Made by a program: the position numbers and the translations under genes
Assembly: GCA_043818835.1 (NCBI GenBank)
Contig: JBDRFK010000010.1
Location: forward strand, 9,507 to 73,506
Reading direction: 5' to 3'
Length of the DNA stretch: 64,000 nucleotides
Source of the DNA: a bacterium
Lineage (GTDB): Bacteria; Patescibacteriota; Minisyncoccia; Portnoybacterales; UBA2143
Notes under the pieces: model-generated
What the model saw: only the letters and a program-made list of their open reading frames with translations
Told to the model about the DNA's origin: nothing
The model's database searches: none
Part shown: positions 63,393 to 64,000 of the stretch, one piece after another
How the letters are laid out: every line of letters starts with the position of its first letter
How positions within the stretch are numbered: the stretch's first letter is position 1

Positions 63393-64000
63393 ATGAAAAA
63401 TAAATTAGCAACTTCTATTATAAGAGTTTCTAAGGCGGGTTGTACAAATTTTTGGCGGAATAAGTGGCTGTCGGTGGCAGCTATCGCTATGATGTTTTTA
63501 ACTATTTTAACGATTGTCGGTTTATTGATGACCAATGTCTTAGTAAATTCGTTTGCTGCTAGTTTAGAGGATAAAATAGACATTAGTGTTTATTTTAATC
63601 TAGAAGCTTCAGAGGAGAAAATTTTAGAGACAAAAAAAGATTTGGCAAAACTTAGCGAGGTGCGTAATGTGGAATATATTTCTTCAGAAGAAGCATATAA
63701 TCGTTTTAAGGAGAAACATAAAGAAAATTCTGTTTTAATGCAAAGTCTGCAGGAGGTGGGTGATAATCCGCTTAAGCCGAGTTTAAATATTCAAGCGCAA
63801 AGTGCTTCTCAATATAATATTATTGCCAGTTTCTTTGATAAAGATAAATATCAGGAGATTGTGGATAAAATAAATTATCAGGAAAATGAAATTATTATCA
63901 ATCGTTTATCTTCTATGACTACTACTATTCGTAAATTTGGTTTTATTTTCTTATTGTCTCTGGCGATAATCGCTGTCTTTGTAACCTTTAATACTATTCG
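63393..64000 (+). CDS. ftsX: Cell division permease FtsX (runs off the window end)
   Basis: ATG 63393: MKNKLATSIIRVSKAG..NFWRNKWLSVAA..., DISVYF, S.EEA...F, NPL..SL; open to the window end. Confidence 0.9.
   Translation, partial: MKNKLATSIIRVSKAGCTNFWRNKWLSVAAIAMMFLTILTIVGLLMTNVLVNSFAASLEDKIDISVYFNLEASEEKILETKKDLAKLSEVRNVEYISSEEAYNRFKEKHKENSVLMQSLQEVGDNPLKPSLNIQAQSASQYNIIASFFDKDKYQEIVDKINYQENEIIINRLSSMTTTIRKFGFIFLLSLAIIAVFVTFNTI

Overview
AT-rich chromosomal segment of a Patescibacteria (CPR, probably Parcubacteria-type) bacterium read in genetic code 11. The lineage call is inferred from the missing rpmD in the spc operon, the missing rplA after rplK, a short PheT and orphan pilin-like genes. 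Core content: end of the S10 operon and the spc operon through secY-adk-map, thrS, dnaE, a split ligA, gatCA, pheST, gyrB, secE-nusG-rplK, glyA-folD-gatB, miaA/miaB, galT, tpiA-pgk-recJ-RNase H, RNase P RNA, a glycosyltransferase/murJ cluster, lepA, a short prfB, ftsEX and five tRNAs. Main points of interest: (1) a small island beside tRNA-Asp carrying an unannotated 41-aa Cys-rich precursor peptide, a radical SAM/SPASM enzyme and a stand-alone PqqD/RRE protein, i.e. a candidate RiPP system, followed by HExxH peptidase-like genes; (2) at least 14 copies of a GTCATT...AATGAC palindromic element, six of them translated in-frame inside proteins (FolD, GatB, MiaB, LepA, a GT4, a DUF4012-like protein) and two inside RNase P RNA; (3) further 7-9 bp tandem-repeat and short palindrome families that also sit inside ORFs, one exactly at the ligA frameshift; (4) a cytidylyltransferase / deaminase / DHFR-HIT fusion / ThyA module where rplA would normally be; (5) two promoter-driven structured ncRNA candidates. 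All product calls come from motif recognition by eye; no database search was run.
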